Assembly: GCA_009103225.1 (NCBI GenBank)
Contig: RHPI01003587.1
Span: 62,001 to 126,000 of the forward strand
DNA length: 64,000 nucleotides
Direction of reading: 5' to 3'
Source: Chlorokybus atmophyticus
Lineage: Eukaryota; Plantae; Mesostigma and Chlorokybus algae
Part shown: in pieces, positions 51,601-64,000 of the stretch
How the letters are laid out: every line of letters begins with the position of its first letter
How positions within the stretch are numbered: the first letter of the stretch is position 1
Made by a program: the position numbers and the translations under genes
Notes under the pieces: generated by a model
Database searches by the model: none
Told to the model about the DNA's origin: nothing
Seen by the model: the letters and a program-made list of their open reading frames with translations, nothing else

Positions 51601-54600
51601 GTGTTCAAGCGTGACGGCAAGGGCAACATCGAGCGCTACAAGGCGCGACTTGTGGCAAAGGGATTCCTTCAACCGGAGGGAGTTGACTAAAAGGAGGTAT
51701 TTGCACCTGCCAGCAAGCACACAACTTTTAGAGCATTGCTCGCCAAGGTTGCTGTGGAGGACTTGGAGCTGCATCACCTAGATGTGAAGACTGCCTTCCT
51801 CTATGGAGAGTTGGAGGAACAAATCTTCGTGCAGCAACCTTAAGGGTACGAAGAGGGAGACACATGCAAGGCATGCTTGTTACATAAGGCTTTGTATGGG
51901 CTTAGACAGGCACCACGTGTCTGGCACATTCGACTCAGCAAAGAGCTAGAGTGTTAGATGTGATAGCTTGTTGAAAGTACATGTATAGGCGGCGCCTACA
52001 TGTAGTTGATACGATCAGCTTAACCTTCATAGTTATGAGAGTTACGAGAGTTACGGGAGTTACGGGAGTTACGGCAGTTATGGTCAACCATGGTCAACTT
52101 TGACTTTAACCGTTGACTTTGACCATTGACTAGTGTTGACTAGTGTTGACTTTGACCAGAGTTGATTTGAGTTGACTAGTGCTTAGTAGCATAGTATATA
52201 AGACACTGTATACTGCTTAATACAGTGGGTCGGCCGTCACATTGTCTCTATCGTTGGCGTGCTTGCTACACTTGTCCTTAGTGTGTGCACACTTGTATGT
52301 AAGAGGCAAATACACACACACTAGGCGCATCACTAGTTCTCAACAGGTTATGGGCCCACACTCGCTTATGTGATTGCTTGTGCTAGTGAGAGAAAGTGTT
52401 GAGAATAGGCGCCTACTTGGGGAGAGGGTGAGTTGTACTATTGTGTAGCAAGCAATGGCCGACACAGATAGGATGCCCATCGAGTCCCTTGATCTGCACA
52501 ACTACGCTTCATGGTCGCTGAAGATGAAGTTGGTGCTGATCCGCAAGAAGCTCTGGAGTTTTGTCGATCCCACCTCCTCCACATCATTGCGGCCAAGAAC
52601 AGGTGACACTGGTACCTGGACAACGCACTCACAATCAGCTCAGCTTTTGCGCTGATAGGCTTGCACGTCAAAGACTTCCATCTCCCTCTAATTGCGGATT
52701 GCAAGACTAGACGTGAGGCGTGGGAGGTCTTCGACACCCTCTTCAAGGCCAATAGCAACTCGCACAAGTTGCAGCTGTAACGCAAGCTGACAATTCTGAA
52801 GATGGAGCACAACGAGCCAATACAGAAGTACATCTCACGTGTAAGGGAGCTTTGGCAAGACCTTGCAGCGGGCCACGATGTGAAGGAAGAGGAGGTGATG
52901 TGGGCAGTCTTAGCTGGCTTAGGAAAGAGCTTTGCTACGCTAGTGACTGTGTTGGAGTCCTCAGATGTGGTTTTGAAGTTTGTTGATGTAGTCCCTAAGC
53001 TGCTAGCTGTGGAAGGCAAGTTGGATGTTCAAGAGATAGAGAATGGTGCAGAACCTATGGCACTTTCTGCCTCATCTTCTCAACACACACCAAGCAGGAG
53101 CAAAGCAGGTGGTGGGAAGCCATCACAAAGAGTGTCACTACTGCAAGATGAAGGGCCACTTCACTCGCGAGTGCCAAAAGAGGATCCACAATAAGGCAAC
53201 CAAGGAGGAGCACACCACGATGGCGATTGCTTCCTAGCATTGGTGAGGACCTAAAGGAGTTGCAGTGGATGGTATTCGTCCGTCCTCTCCCACTGTAAAG
53301 GCGCGTGAAGGACATGCGTAGACGGAGGTCACAGACACAAAAGTCTGCGAGAGTTACTGCTAGCCTATGAGTAGTTGCTGGTGTTGAGCTGCATACACTA
53401 GAGGTTGCTTTGCTGTGGAGTTGTTTTGGGTAGCACACGGGTGTGCGAAACTAGTTACAACACTTCACTTGATTGGCATGTAAGGACTGAGTTGTATAGC
53501 TAGCTAACAGGAGATGGGAGGGGTGCTTTCTTTGGTAAAAGGGTCTGATCAACCCTTGCATGGCCTACACTCTGGTACAGCATTGCTAAGGTAGAGAACT
53601 CAGTGTAGTTTATAGCATAGTTTGCCATTGAAGGAGTCCTTGAAACCACCTGAGCAAGGTCAGGCGTGGCGTGGTGGAACCTGATTCGACAATTATCTGG
53701 AGGAAACAAGGAGTATTGGAACCTTGTAGTCTTGGTGGCAGCATAAGGAGAAAGATGGTGTCATGGAGACAAGCATCAAGTTCGTGGGAGCAACAGATCC
53801 GTGGGAGTGTTCGATGGAGTAAGTTAATGTGGGTAAGCTTGCGAGAAGATCTTGAAGTTCAAGGTCAAGCTGCTCGCGTGGGAGTGTTAGGTGTTATAGC
53901 TTGTTAAAAGTACATGTATAGGCGGCGCCTACATGTAGTTGGTACGATCAGCTTAACATTTATAGTTATAAGAGTTACGAGAGTTACGGGAGTTACGGCA
54001 GTTATGGTCAACCATGGTCAACTTTGACTTGGACCGTTAACTTTGACCATTGACTAGTGTTGACTAGTGTTGACTTTGACCGAAGTTGATTAGAGTTAAC
54101 TAGTGCTTAGTAGCATAGTATATGAGACACTGTATATTGCTTAATACAGTGGGTCGCACATTGTCTCTATAGTTGGCGTGCTTGCTGCACTTGTCCTTGG
54201 TGTGTGCACACTTGTATGTAAGAGGCAAATACACACACACTAGGCGCATCACTAGTTCTCAACATAGAGATGGGCGTACAGCAATTTGCAGCAGACCCTG
54301 GGCTCTTCAGTAGTGAAGACGGACAAGTCTGGCTACTTGTACACGTTGACGATATTATCCTGGCATCTGCGGGTATTGCTGCAATGATCCGAATTAAGGT
54401 AACACTGCAATCTGCTTTTGAGATTCGCGATCTTGGAGATGCACACTTGTTCCTCGGTATAGTCATCACCAGGAACAGACATGCAAAGACCATTAACATT
54501 ACACAGAAGCAGATGGTGCTGGACTTACTCAAGAAGTTCAAGATACAGGATGCAAAGGGCAAGGCAACACCACTGAGCGTGGGAGTACAGCTACTTAAGG

Positions 54601-55661
54601 CACGGGACACTACTTTTGTACTCGACAAGACTGTCTACCCCTACGTGAGCTAGTAGGAAGTCTCATCTACGTGTCCATTGCTACAAGACCTGACATTGCG
54701 CAAGCCGTGGGAGTCTTGGCGAGATACACGTTAGCACCCATCATGGAGTACTGGAAGGCGGCAAAAGGAGTTTTTCGCTACCTTGGCAGCACTGCAAACA
54801 TGGGTATCACATTTAGAAAGACGAAAGACATCACACTACATGGCTACTGTGATGCAGACTATGCTGGAGACCTCGACACGAGGAGGTCTACCACAGGTTA
54901 CACTTTTTTGATGGGAGGAGGCGTTGTCAGCTGGAACAGTCGACCGCAACCAACTGCTGATGCATCCACTACTGAGGCCGAGTACATGGCGGCTTCATCT
55001 GCAGTGAAGGAAGCACTGTGGCTTCGCAAGTTGATTATCGACCTAGGGCATGCAGCGAGCTGTGTCACCATTTTATATGACAATCAAGGAGCACTCAAGC
55101 TTAGCATGCACCCCATTACATCCGCCAGGTCGAAGCATATTGACATTATGCACCATTTAGTGAGAGAGAGAGTTGCACGTGGGGAAGTGGAGTTCAAGTA
55201 CTGCAGCACTGAGGACATGCTCGCTGATTGCATGACAAACCCACTACCACCAACCAAGTTCCATGCATGCTGCATGGAGCTAGGAGTTGAAGGTTAAGTT
55301 GCTCGCGTGGGAGTATTAAAGGTACCTATGTAGGTGGCGCCTTAGATAAACTTCTACGATCAACTTATCTTCGGGGATTATGGGAGTTATGGTCAACGGC
55401 CATTACGGGAGTTACGGGAGTTACAGTCAACCTTGGTCAACATTGACTTTGACTTTAACTTTGACCATTGACTTTAACTTTGACTAGTGTTAACTAGTGT
55501 TGACTTTAACAGGAGTTGACTACTGTTGACTAGTGTTGACTAGCACTCATTAGTGTACTATATAAGACACTGTCTGCTGTGTAATACAGTAAGATCTGCT
55601 CTTCACTTGTTGGCGCCACACTTGTGCGTGTGCATTGTTGCTACTGTGCAATCTCTCAATA
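48665..55661 (+). mobile_element. Ty1/Copia element (family B), degenerate, with nested family A insertion
   Basis: Truncated 5' LTR 48665-48931; PBS 48932-48944; gag with HYCDKKGHLKKDC; protease WLLDSACTQHMT; LWHRRFG; integrase VHMDVCGPM..EQNGAAERLNRTL; [24 protein letters not shown]; RNase H GYCDADYAGD; PPT; 3' LTR 55314-55661. Confidence 0.95.
51952..54264 (+). mobile_element. non-autonomous gag-only LTR element (family A) nested in Copia B RT
   Basis: LTRs 51952-52345 and 53885-54264; perfect TSD TAGAG; PBS 52346-52358; RT frame KELE / MGVQQF rejoins across the insertion. Confidence 0.95.
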
Positions 55662-55677
55662 TCACTAGTTCTCAACA

Positions 55678-58600
55678 GGCAAGTATTGGCTCTACAAGGG
55701 CTACGAGTGCAAGGGAATATACGCCAAGCGAGCTGTACAATTGCGGTAGGCGTAATGTAGCCTTAGGGGTGTGTTTGTGAGCGTTGTATGTACTAATGTG
55801 TATGTTAATAATATGTGTAGGGCGGATATCTTGACACTGTTCTGCACTATGGCGCGTGATAGCGATCTGCGCAACATGCAGCTACCCGATCACTTCGTCA
55901 TGCATCGCGAAGGTGTTGGCCCCAACGGTGGAGGTCGTGTACATTGTATCGTGTCTCACCAAGGAAAGACAACTCGGTAGGCATGCGCCTTCGCTCAGCA
56001 TACACACGCGCACGCATACGAGCATGTCCACGCTCAGCACACAGAAGCAGCTGTACGCATACGCTCACATGCACATAGTCTGCACCACAAGCATGCACGC
56101 ATGCACCCACACAACGGCAGCGCATACGCATGCATGCGCCTGCGCACGTGCAGCACACACATGTGTGAGCCCCGCTCAGCACACGCACGTACGCACGCAC
56201 TCATTTACAGTCAGCGCCACAAGCACGTAATGTCAGCACACACACTTGCACGTGCATGCACACGCCTACAGTCAACACCACATGCATACGCGTACGCGTA
56301 CACATACGCATGTATGCACGCACACAATGCCAGCACACACACGTGCATACGCACCCGCTCAACACACTTATATGCGCATGCACAAGCCTATAGTTAGCAT
56401 GCACAAGCACGCACGTGCACACATGCACTCACTGCTACGCATACAAACGGTCTTTTGCTATGCTAGGCGGGCCATTCCACTTACATCGGCGCTTTATGCC
56501 ACAAGTATGTCGTACAATGTAGTGTGGGCGGGAACTTTATGCGCTTTTTCTCCATGCTTCAAAAACGGGGCCCCGACATGATGGCCAAAGAGGAGTGGTG
56601 TGTACCATTGCTAAGCATGGTGCATACCACTTGAAGTCAAGCGTTCTCATGTGTAATGCTTGTGCGTAGGTATGATAACAATATGACGTCCGGTGACCCC
56701 CGCGAGCCCACGAAAGCCATCAACTACACTAAGCATAACTACCATTTTCGGGCCACTTTTAAAGAGTTGGGCCTCGTGACATCCAAGGCGACTAACTTAC
56801 GATTGAGCGCCACCAAGGTCGCGGATGGTGTCGGGTACGTACAAATACAACACCACATGTAGTATAGGCACACCGCACAAACGCACGCAGCTGCACGAGC
56901 ACACGCACACATGGGCATGCGCATGCACGCACCACTCGCGCATATGCATGCGCGCATGGAGCTGCTCGAACACCACTCGCTCATGCACGCAGCTGTACGC
57001 ACGCGCATGTGTACACATACACACAAGCACACGCACGCAGCTGTACGTACGCGCATGTATATGCGTACACATACGCACACACAGGCGGTACAACGAGCTT
57101 GTGACTGACAGGTGCCACACCGAAGATATCAAGTGCCATGGGAGATGGACAGCAAGTGACAACGAGGCCTTTTATAGAGCGTACTGGTAAGTGCTTCTGT
57201 ATTGCATCATATGTTATTTAGTCATTGTGAAATGGCATCGTATAAGTGCGTACATGCACCCACGCGCAGCTTTAACCTACCCTTCTCGACGTTGCTAGCT
57301 ATGGCCGCACATGATTCTCACATCCCCACACGCATTGCCTACCGCCTTCCTCGCTCACGTGTCAAGCCCCCGACGCAGCTGCGGGAGATGATCTTCCCCT
57401 GGCTTGAAAACAAGATGTTCAAGCTTATGTGGGTATGTACCATTGCGTTGAGTTATATTCTCTTAACAGTGTGTGTTGATGCTAGTTGCTTGCTTGTACA
57501 GAGAAATGCAAGCCAATTGGTACCGCACAAGAAGAGAGATAACACCGGTGTAGAGTTCCTGGGATGCTGGGGGGGGGGGGGGGGGCNTTCTATTAGCGGT
57601 GTGTGTTGATGCTAGTTGCTTGATTGTACAGAGAAATGCAAGCCAATTGGTACCGCACAAGAAGAAAGATAATGCCGGTGTAAAGTTCCTGGAGTGCTTG
57701 GACTGGGGGCGTGATGTCTTGCTGCAGGATGTTGCCTGTCTTCAAGATGAGGCCATCAATGCGCTCGGCGACACCGTGGTCAACCACCCCATCTTCGGCA
57801 ACGACATCTTCTCCGGCGAGGTGTGAGACGCTTTCAAGAAACAAGTGCTTGAGGAGGTGCGCATGGATACCGCGCGGCCTATACTTGAAAACGTACCTGA
57901 CTCGGTGGGTTTCAAGTTTTTGCATGCATTTGTCATGTACTCAGAGTGAGATTGCATGTGTGTGGTACACGTTTTAACCCCGTGGCATACATTACAGGTA
58001 TTGCGCGCTATTAACGATATTGCTGAAGACACACTTGCGAGCAAAGAAGACATGAGGCAAACAAGGGAGTTCTTTGCTAAGCTCACAGAGCAAGTCAACC
58101 TCATAGCGCATGAGGTGTATAATTAGCGACGAGGCAAGCTGTGCGGTGGCATGCCTGCGGTGTTTAAGACCACCAACCCTGCCACCTCAACCGTCGCGGG
58201 TGAGTGTGACAATGTATACACATTCATCATGTACAAGGACACATATGCACGCCCGCACAGCGCAGCTGCACGCACGCACGCATGCAACTGCACGCACACA
58301 CTCGTGCACACGCACATGCACGCTTAGGCCCGCACATGTACAGAATGTCAAGTTACTAATGCAAAGAGCTTGTGATTTGTGCAGCACCAGGGGGGTCAAC
58401 TACACGCCAACCTCTGACGCCAGGCTTGCGACCAGTGGACTCGGATGGTGAGGAGGTCGACACCAGGGAAGAACTTCGCCACAAGTTCCCAGCCGCTGTG
58501 GCTTTCAATGGCAATGTTGCACAGTATCAGTTGGAGAAGCTACCACCCAGCATGCCGAATGACAAGAAGCTAGTGCAACTGTGGCTAGTAAGTGTTTACT

Positions 58601-59012
58601 TGATTACTAAACACATAGATACAGTGCTTGGTGCTGTTCTACATGCCCGTGTGAACATATGCATTTGCAGGAATGGAGTTTAGGGCTCGGGATATACAAG
58701 AAGCCAGCTATACGTTTGCTGCATCAAACATATGGCAGCCGATGGCGGCTACCAACTCAAAAGTCACAATACTCCAAGTATCTTAACTTGTGGGATGCCA
58801 TGCAGGTAGACTCTCAGCGCATGGCAGAGCGGGAGCTGCTCCTGTTCTACAATAAAGAGGTGGAGCGGGCGTGTACGGTCTTCAAGCTGATGGAGGAGCT
58901 GCGAAAAGTGAAGGTACAGCAGAACGCGGCACAAGGACGCGTATGCGGCCGCAAGCGCAAGCCCCACGACAAGAGCGGCGCAGACGCGGATGCGGACGAC
59001 GATGATGCATAA
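55678..59012 (+). mobile_element. Crypton-like tyrosine recombinase element (NDC10_II-like + GCR1_C-like), multi-intron, 5'-truncated pseudogene
   Basis: Spliced reading: QLR/ADILTLFCTMARDSDLRNMQLPD..GKT/AGHSTYIGALCHK..EEW/YDN..FKELGLVTSKATNLRLSA..G/CHTEDIKCHGRW..FYRAY/CFNLP..PRSRVKPP..IFPWL../FLECLDWGRDVLLQD..HPIF../LVQLWL/EWSLG..KPAIRLLHQTYGSRWR. GT-AG sites e.g. 55746/55820, 55977/56466, 56598/56669, 56835/57111, 57187/57269. Confidence 0.8.
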
Positions 59013-59099
59013 CTGCATGTTAGGATAATCGTGATGACTTAATGTATAATACTGGTCACATGTAGGTGTGGGTGTGCGTATAACACCACTCTTGTGCGA

Positions 59100-62000
59100 G
59101 TGCTGTCATACGTGGCTGCTGCCGCCTCCCGTGTGTGCATGTGATTGCGCATGGCTGTGGCATCCACTTGTCTTGTTGGCACGCGTGCATGACACCGACT
59201 CGAGAGGCAGGAAGCCATGTACCTCTCCGTCATCTTTATCCCAATGTGATCGGAGCACCGCTCGCTCCGTTCAGCAGTCAAGGCCCATACCCATGGGAAG
59301 TAAAAAGTTCTGTCCAAGCAGAAAATCGAAGGAGCCAGCATTGGTGACCACGCATTGGTGAATGATTTTCGTGTGGGTTAAATCCAGCCCTGTCAACCGG
59401 ATGCTGAGGGTCTCCTTGGTGACCCCCGTCACCTTGTCACGGCTCCCCGTTGCTGTGTCCAATACGTATGGGCATGGCATCAGGTCTGGGATGGTGATGC
59501 CAAGGGACCGCGCGAGGAAGCGCCTAATGATGATTGGCTGTGCTCCGGTCGGTGTCCAACATCAACCGCTTAGGTGCTAGGCCGTTACTGGTCACATGCT
59601 TGCCTTGGTTGGCTACCATGGCAGCGTTGGCGTTGATGGGTAGCCTCTGGGTGCGGGCTGTCGACACAAGTGCCTCATGTCTCTTAGCTGATTGGCGACA
59701 AGCCACATCACGAGTCATGCTCGAGAGGCGCTGCCTTCTCGCATCCCCATTATCTGTCTCAATGCACTGCCCTCAGGCCGGTGCAGCATGACTGCTTGCC
59801 GTATGAGAGCGGTACAAAGTGTTGATCTCCTACCATACCAACTCCTCCTCACTGGGCGGTGTCTTCTTATGGGGTGAGGTACCCTCGCCCTATCACGTTG
59901 GTCGCCGGGCACACCATCGACCAGAGGGGGCAGTACCGGGGCGATTACCCCGCTTCATTGTTGCGCCAATGCCTTCGCTTGGTCAGCAACATTTGTTTAC
60001 CCTGGCTGCATGGCTGTGGTTTGCGCTGATGGCACCACGGCAAGTGCAATGGAGGTGCCGGCAACATCTGACGGTCTCGCGGGTTGCACCGCAGCGGTGG
60101 TGCTGCGTTGTACGCCTGTCGTCGTGCGTCCACTTGCGCGGCTTGATTTTGCCAATAGCGATGTGCCGGTTCAAGAGCAGAGGACCGTTCTTAGTGACTC
60201 CCCGATGTGAGTCCATAAAGTGCCGGGTCAGCGCCCAGCGGCATGTTTGAGGTGGTCAGCATGAGATCTTACACTCGGCGATGCTGGAGTCCAAGCGGGT
60301 CCAGCGATAAAGGCTCAAAGTTAATTTGTTGCGCCGGCATGGGCTATCGTGATCGGTTGGATACGTCTTGCAGTTTTGTGTGCAATGCTAAAAACAATTG
60401 AATTGCCAGCTCCAGCATAGCGGGGCGCCGGTATGCGACCCTGAAAAGGCGATCTGTATTTTCAAAAGCAGCGTTAGTTAGATTCTCATCTTCCAACTGT
60501 TGGTGGGCTCCGGCAGCGTATGATATTCGCAGCGGCAGGATGCGATCATCTCGCGCTACGTGCGCTGTGCGTCGCCCTTCGCGTCCGTACGCAATGGTGG
60601 GCTTGATGTTGCGTAGGATGGACACCCAAGCGCGCTCTGCTTGCGGTCCGCATGGCACTTGTTGAGTGACATGCACGGAGGAGGGGCCGCACGAACCCCC
60701 CTGATGGTGCGGCGGCAGTGGCAACAATGGCCGATAGAGGTGCGGCAACATCACCTGCATTAACAGTTGTGGCACCTGCAGCATTTGTGGTGACGGTGGT
60801 CGCCGCTGTAAGCATTGCAGCAGTCGTGACTGGGGCAGTGTCCCCAGCTATAGCGGGCGTGCTGCCAACACCACAAGTGGGTTCGCCAGCCATGGTTGCA
60901 GCAGCCTCAATGCCGGTCATCTCTGGCGCGAACGTAGTGCTGGGTGTATCCGCACTGGCGGCACCTGTAGGTGTTGTCGTCGGCGAGGTCGTCACAGCAA
61001 GGGTTGCGGCCGCCAATCCAGCCCCACTTGTGGTGTACGACGATGCTGCTGTTGACGATGCGCCTGCCTCTCTGCGCGCATGTCTCGATGGTTGACACGC
61101 GATGCAAGGGTGTCTATTTCGCATTTCGGTGCCATCAAAGCCCATCGGGCAAGGCAGCAGGATTGGTAGTGTTGCTCCTTGTCTTCTTCCAGCTGGGCCA
61201 CTTGTGCCATAAGGGCCGCGACTTGGTCGACAGCTGGTGAACTAGCTGATGCTCTCACAGCAGCTCCAACGCGAGGGCGTCCCTTGCGGTGTGGAGGGCA
61301 GTTCTTCCATGTATAGCCAGTTGCCTCATTTCAAGCGCCGGCGTGGTTGTTGTTGGGGTTGTGGCTACCAGCGTTGTTGCCGTTAGTGTGACCACCAGCG
61401 TCGTTGCTATAGCCCCCGCTTTTGTTGTTGTTATTACTGTTAATGCTGCAATGGCCACCCGCGCTATTGCTGGTGTTGTAGCCAATGGAGGGCCGCAGCT
61501 CGGGGAACTTGAGCCTGCATACCGCCTCTAAGTCCCGTCTTGTAGCAGTAGTCGCACACAAGGTTGCCGTAATCTTCGGTGCACTCCTTTTGGTAGTGCC
61601 CATGTCAACCACACCGATGGCATAGCACTGCAACAAGGGCGGCATAAGCTAACCGTTTGTCCTTGTTGCGCGTGACTGGAGCAACCCGGTTGCGATCTCG
61701 TCGAGGGGGCCCAGCACTCGCGTTTGTCATGGGATGTGATGCGCTTCGGCTGCTGTCCAACACTGCCTTCTCATGCACCGCACGCTTGTAAAAGGCTTGT
61801 GCGGTCTCAAAAGCTTCCTTGAGGGTGTAGCCGAGGGGCCTAACGTAGTTCAATGTCAAACGCATCGACTCACTGCAGATGAGGTCCAAATCAGCCACGT
61901 ACACCACTGCGGCTGCCTCCTCACTGGCGATGTTGTAATCAGTGTTCTTCAGTAGTTATTTCAACCGCGAATACAGCCGGAGAGGGTCCTCGTTGGGCTT

Positions 62001-63750
62001 CCGTTAAAAGCGTCGCAACTCCTTTACCTTGCTGGTGGTCTGGGGCGAGAAGGTACGCCGCAGTGCCGCGCACAAGTCCTTGAGAGGAGAGTCCGACATG
62101 ATAGCATCAACGATGATAGCTGGTGCGCGCAACGCCATCGAGCCAAGTGTAAAGAGGCTGATCCCTGCCGGAGTATGCGAGCCCGGTGTTGGCAGTACTG
62201 GTGTCCACGTTTCTAAGGCTGCAGCTTATTGTTCAGCTTGCTGAGCTTTGATAACGGCAGCGGTGCGGTTGAGCACTCAGGTCTGTCGGTCGGGCTTCTT
62301 GACCTCGACCTCTGCAGGTGTTAGCGAGGCAACAATCAGCTCGGCTTTTTTGTCCTCTGCTTGTTGCATGGCCAAGGCTAACGCCCGCCAAGGGACTAGG
62401 TTTTGAGGGACCACTGCCGCTGAGGCGGCAGCTGCTGGTCTATACGTCGGCAAGTGCTATGGTGCTGGCAAGCTCGCCATAGCCATTGACTGAGTGCAGC
62501 TCAGCAATGGACTTTCGCACATCGTGTGCCTCATCAAGGTACTGCCGCAGGCGCGGCGCCATGATATAGAATGACACCTCATCTGACCAATCCCTGTTCT
62601 TCAGGGCTTGCTGCTGCCGCATCTTGGAGTGGAACTTGATGATGAACTCATCAAATGATGTGGTGCTCGCATGTCCGGAGAAGCGCAGGGAGTTGATTAA
62701 GCTGGAAGGCTCCATTTTTTCTTTGTCACTGTCCGAAAGAGGTGGAGAAGCTTGATGGCAAGCAGTGAAGTGGGAGGAGGTGAAGCCGGAACGGGGCGCG
62801 AGCCTCTGCTGCTACGGCAACTGCTTCCTTCACTTCCTCGTTCGTAGGTGAGGTTGGAGGTCAAGCTCGTCTATTGGCGAAAACGGGGTGGGCCTGCTCA
62901 TACAGCTGATGCGAAGGTGAAAGTGTATAAAGGGTAGAGTGTTTGTGCTCTACACGGTTATCTCAATGCTGCTACCATTCACCGCACTAGTACTTGTGCG
63001 CACCATGTGATGTTAGTGATAATGATGCACGCGGATGTATCTAATTGCAAGCTGCACATCCGGTGTGCAGGATGCAACCACACTCACTTTAGCAATGAGG
63101 GTGACATTGTGAGTCAACAAGCCACTACTATAGGCAGTGCTGTTTACACAGTTCTTTGCATGAATGGAAAACGTGTTACACTGTTAAGTCAGGTGAATGA
63201 GCAAGCAACATGTGGATGCTATGCCCTGACTGATGCCAACAAGCACACCGCGACCAAGCGCACAAAGCTCACAGCAACGACAAGCACGGTGCACACGAGC
63301 ATGCACAGACTCTTACACGGTGAGGAGATTCTTGGTGACTATGACGGCGTAATCGTAGTTCAAGTCGCTTCACAAGCTCCTAGCTTCCTCACTCACGGTG
63401 TCACCAGCTAATCCGGTGAACACCGCGACTACTCTTACAAGTCAAATCACGACTGTTCCGAACACAAGCTAACGGTCATATCGGAACTATACCCACAAAA
63501 AACTCCCCAGCGATATAGAACATAGTGTGTAACCAAATGCACAACTGAAACACCTACGCGCGTTGCCTATGTAGGCAACGGTCATCAGGTGGTCGAAGTT
63601 CATGATCTAGCTACTGGTCAGTGACGCGCGGGTTGGTATGCTGATAGCCCGGGCGAGGGTCTTGATGTAAGCATGCCCGATGCAGGCTGGCACACGAGGA
63701 CAATGGGCATGACAGCCCTCACCTGGAGGGGGAGGAGGGCCCCTTTAACA
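59100..63750 (-). mobile_element. third Gypsy family copy (LTR/UTR, gag, protease; truncated before DNMT)
   Basis: Minus: LRFSG..FDEFIIKF gag; knuckle-adjacent LEAVCRLKFPELRPS; Ala/Thr-rich linker; ANQGKHV..RLMLDT and VTGVTKETL..CVVTNAGSFDFLLGQ protease; noncoding homology to 10960-11850. Confidence 0.85.
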
Positions 63751-64000
63751 GTTAAGCCAAGCACCCCAATCTCATAGCGAGACAGCACCAGATTGAATGG
63801 CAGACCTATTCTGGCTTAGCCTTAATTACTCCTCTACTATTGCCTTCCCACTTGGCCACACGCTTACTCAACGGCCTCCGGCTTTGATTAGCATGTGCTG
63901 ACGCAATCAAATCTCTTAGCTACATAAGTGTACATATACATGTTATCTCAATAATTGAATGGCTTCTTTGATGCAAAGCTGTTAGTGTACACACACACAC

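Noticed and set aside
35260-55545. Recurrent short repeat arrays resembling CRISPR or satellites
   Set aside because: No repeat-spacer structure; they are internal LTR motifs.
57468-57700. Duplicated Crypton exon start suggesting alternative splicing
   Set aside because: The first copy ends in poly-G plus N; likely a scaffold join of variant copies.

Overview
Eukaryotic, intron-containing genomic DNA, probably from a green-lineage alga (inferred from the transposon types; not proven). Positions 1-9861 hold the 3' part (>=3106 aa, 7 exons in window) of one host gene. It encodes a giant single-pass surface protein with 4 LamG domains alternating with cadherin-like/Ig repeats, then a REJ-like region, a GPS motif, a Pro-rich stalk, a TM helix and a short tail. 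The remaining ~54 kb is a nested transposon graveyard with two N gaps. It contains (i) a Ty3/Gypsy family whose best copy (~10.9-20.8 kb) carries a C5 cytosine methyltransferase between protease and RT plus a PHD finger after integrase, with three more fragments; (ii) a 514-bp TRIM whose LTR/PBS junction forms tRNA-type box A/box B; (iii) an L1/Tx1-like LINE; (iv) Ty1/Copia elements with half-tRNAiMet PBS, W-box-packed LTRs and, in one family, TA...TA termini; (v) gag-only non-autonomous LTR elements with perfect TSDs; (vi) an intron-rich Crypton-like tyrosine recombinase element. All transposon ORFs show stops or frameshifts. All domain calls are by eye from motifs; no searches were run.
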